From positions 1,577-65,576 of the forward strand of contig JAIELQ010000006.1 of the NCBI GenBank assembly GCA_019752815.1: a stretch of DNA of 64,000 nt, read 5' to 3'. The DNA comes from Patescibacteria group bacterium (GTDB lineage: Bacteria > Patescibacteriota > Minisyncoccia > Phycocordibacterales > UBA918). A program made the position numbers and the translations under genes. This document shows, piece by piece, positions 63,024-64,000 of this stretch (position 1 is its first letter; every line of letters begins with the position of its first letter). Under the pieces are notes generated by a model. That model did not search any database. It was not told where the DNA came from and saw only the letters and a program-made list of their open reading frames with translations.

Positions 63024-63329
63024 ATGTCGGAGACATGTAATTGTATTATAAGCCGGCTAAATATTGCTGGTATTGATTCTCTTTCGGCACGTGAGGGTGA
63101 AGATTGGTGGTGTGAGTGTTTGCGACCAGCAAACCACAAAGGTCCACATCTCATCAAACGGGTAGAAAGAGTCGGCGGTCAGTATGTCGTTTGGGAACAA
63201 GACTGCTGCGAACCTGGAATATGTGATGATTGCGATGGAGAAGACCCAGAAGGCTACTGTTTGGTCTATGGGTTTGTTAGTGAAGAAGTAGCTTGTCGCC
63301 TGATTGCCGATGGGTCACTTGAATCATAA
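63024..63329 (+). CDS. Cys-rich small hypothetical protein
   Basis: 101 aa with 12 Cys (CNC ... CEC ... CCEPGICDDCDGEDPEGYC). Confidence 0.3.
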   Translation: MSETCNCIISRLNIAGIDSLSAREGEDWWCECLRPANHKGPHLIKRVERVGGQYVVWEQDCCEPGICDDCDGEDPEGYCLVYGFVSEEVACRLIADGSLES

Positions 63330-63523
63330 AGGCCAGCGTGAGAACGCTGGTCTAATTATTAAGTTGCTTAGCAGCTCGGCTGTCTCAATAGATTAAAATT
63401 ATCTCAAAAATTAGATGACCACGCGACGCGCAAGGAAAATTTGTCGAGCCTTACTTTTTTGTAAGGTGAGGGGAATTTTACCGCAGCGCAACAAAGTGGG
63501 CGCTAATTTTTGAGGTAATTTTT

Positions 63524-64000
63524 TTAATCAAAGATGGAGATAAGATACTCATCAATTTTTCGCTGCTCCCAGTCATAGAAACTTGCATTTGCACGATCAA
63601 GGTCGCGGGCCAATTTTTCGCCCACAAAACGCCAGTGCCATGGTTCAAACACATAGTACGCGTTACCTTCAGGGTAGGAGAGGGTAAATCCGTATTTTGA
63701 TGCGTTATCTAACATCCACTGGTATGCCGGAGTATTTTCAAAACCGGTGAGACCACCACCGAGTCCTTCGGTCGTAAAATCAACGGCCGTTCCTAATTGA
63801 TGTTCAGAATACCCCTGATCAGCCGAGAAGGCATTAGCACCCGAACCATAGGTAGTGGTGTATGCACCTTTCAGACTCGCTTGCTCGTTATATGAGCGGT
63901 AGGCAGAGACTACCCATAATTTAATGCCGTCTTCTAAGGCATCTTCAATCATTTCATTGAGGAAAGGCTCAACCTTGCCGTGAATTGATTTAGAAACAGA
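63524..64000 (-). CDS. M15-family D-Ala-D-Ala carboxypeptidase (VanY-like), N-terminus beyond the window
   Basis: SAYRSYNEQ ... SEHQLGTAVDF ... EPWHW motifs; the ORF stays open to the window edge. Confidence 0.7.
   Translation of the reverse strand, partial: SVSKSIHGKVEPFLNEMIEDALEDGIKLWVVSAYRSYNEQASLKGAYTTTYGSGANAFSADQGYSEHQLGTAVDFTTEGLGGGLTGFENTPAYQWMLDNASKYGFTLSYPEGNAYYVFEPWHWRFVGEKLARDLDRANASFYDWEQRKIDEYLISIFD

Overview
This window is a gene-dense, low-GC segment that reads like a small-genome bacterium of the CPR/Patescibacteria type. That assignment rests on content, not on any database search: type IV pilus pilMNO, a giant GLUG-repeat surface protein, a short MetRS plus a stand-alone tRNA-binding protein, and many aminoacyl-tRNA synthetases. 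Housekeeping genes are ruvX, acyP, uppS, an RluA-family synthase, rplS, secE-nusG-rplK, argS, ileS, glyQS, metG, recO, tatD and mscL, with at least 5 tRNA genes: Arg-TCT, Val-TAC, Leu-GAG, His-GTG and a partial Arg-GCG at the window start. The most striking feature is a complete diversity-generating retroelement (DGR) lodged in the 3' end of mscL. It has a GC-rich target gene with a C-terminal variable repeat, a template repeat that differs from it only at adenines, an apparently frameshifted avd-like gene on the opposite strand, and a reverse transcriptase, all bracketed by a 28-bp direct repeat. Other notable content: an IleRS carrying an inserted histidine-phosphatase (PGM-like) domain; an NrdB with an N-terminal ATP-cone next to a cone-less NrdA; and a contiguous dTTP-synthesis supra-operon (dcd, Maf-like, long ThyX-like, two Tmk paralogs, dut, MazG, glyA). 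There is a free-standing LAGLIDADG homing endonuclease beside tRNA-Leu, whose 3' end is duplicated, and a roughly 2.7-kb GC-shifted block of four hypothetical genes, one of them nucleoside-2-deoxyribosyltransferase-like, inserted after rplK. Several families of short palindromic or structured intergenic repeats are present, some with compensatory base changes and often next to tRNAs or tRNA fragments. Candidate cis-regulatory leaders include a T-box-like leader before argS and a terminator-containing leader before a membrane-protein gene. Coordinates for features not taken from the ORF track (tRNAs, repeats, hairpins) were counted by hand and may be off by 1-2 nt.
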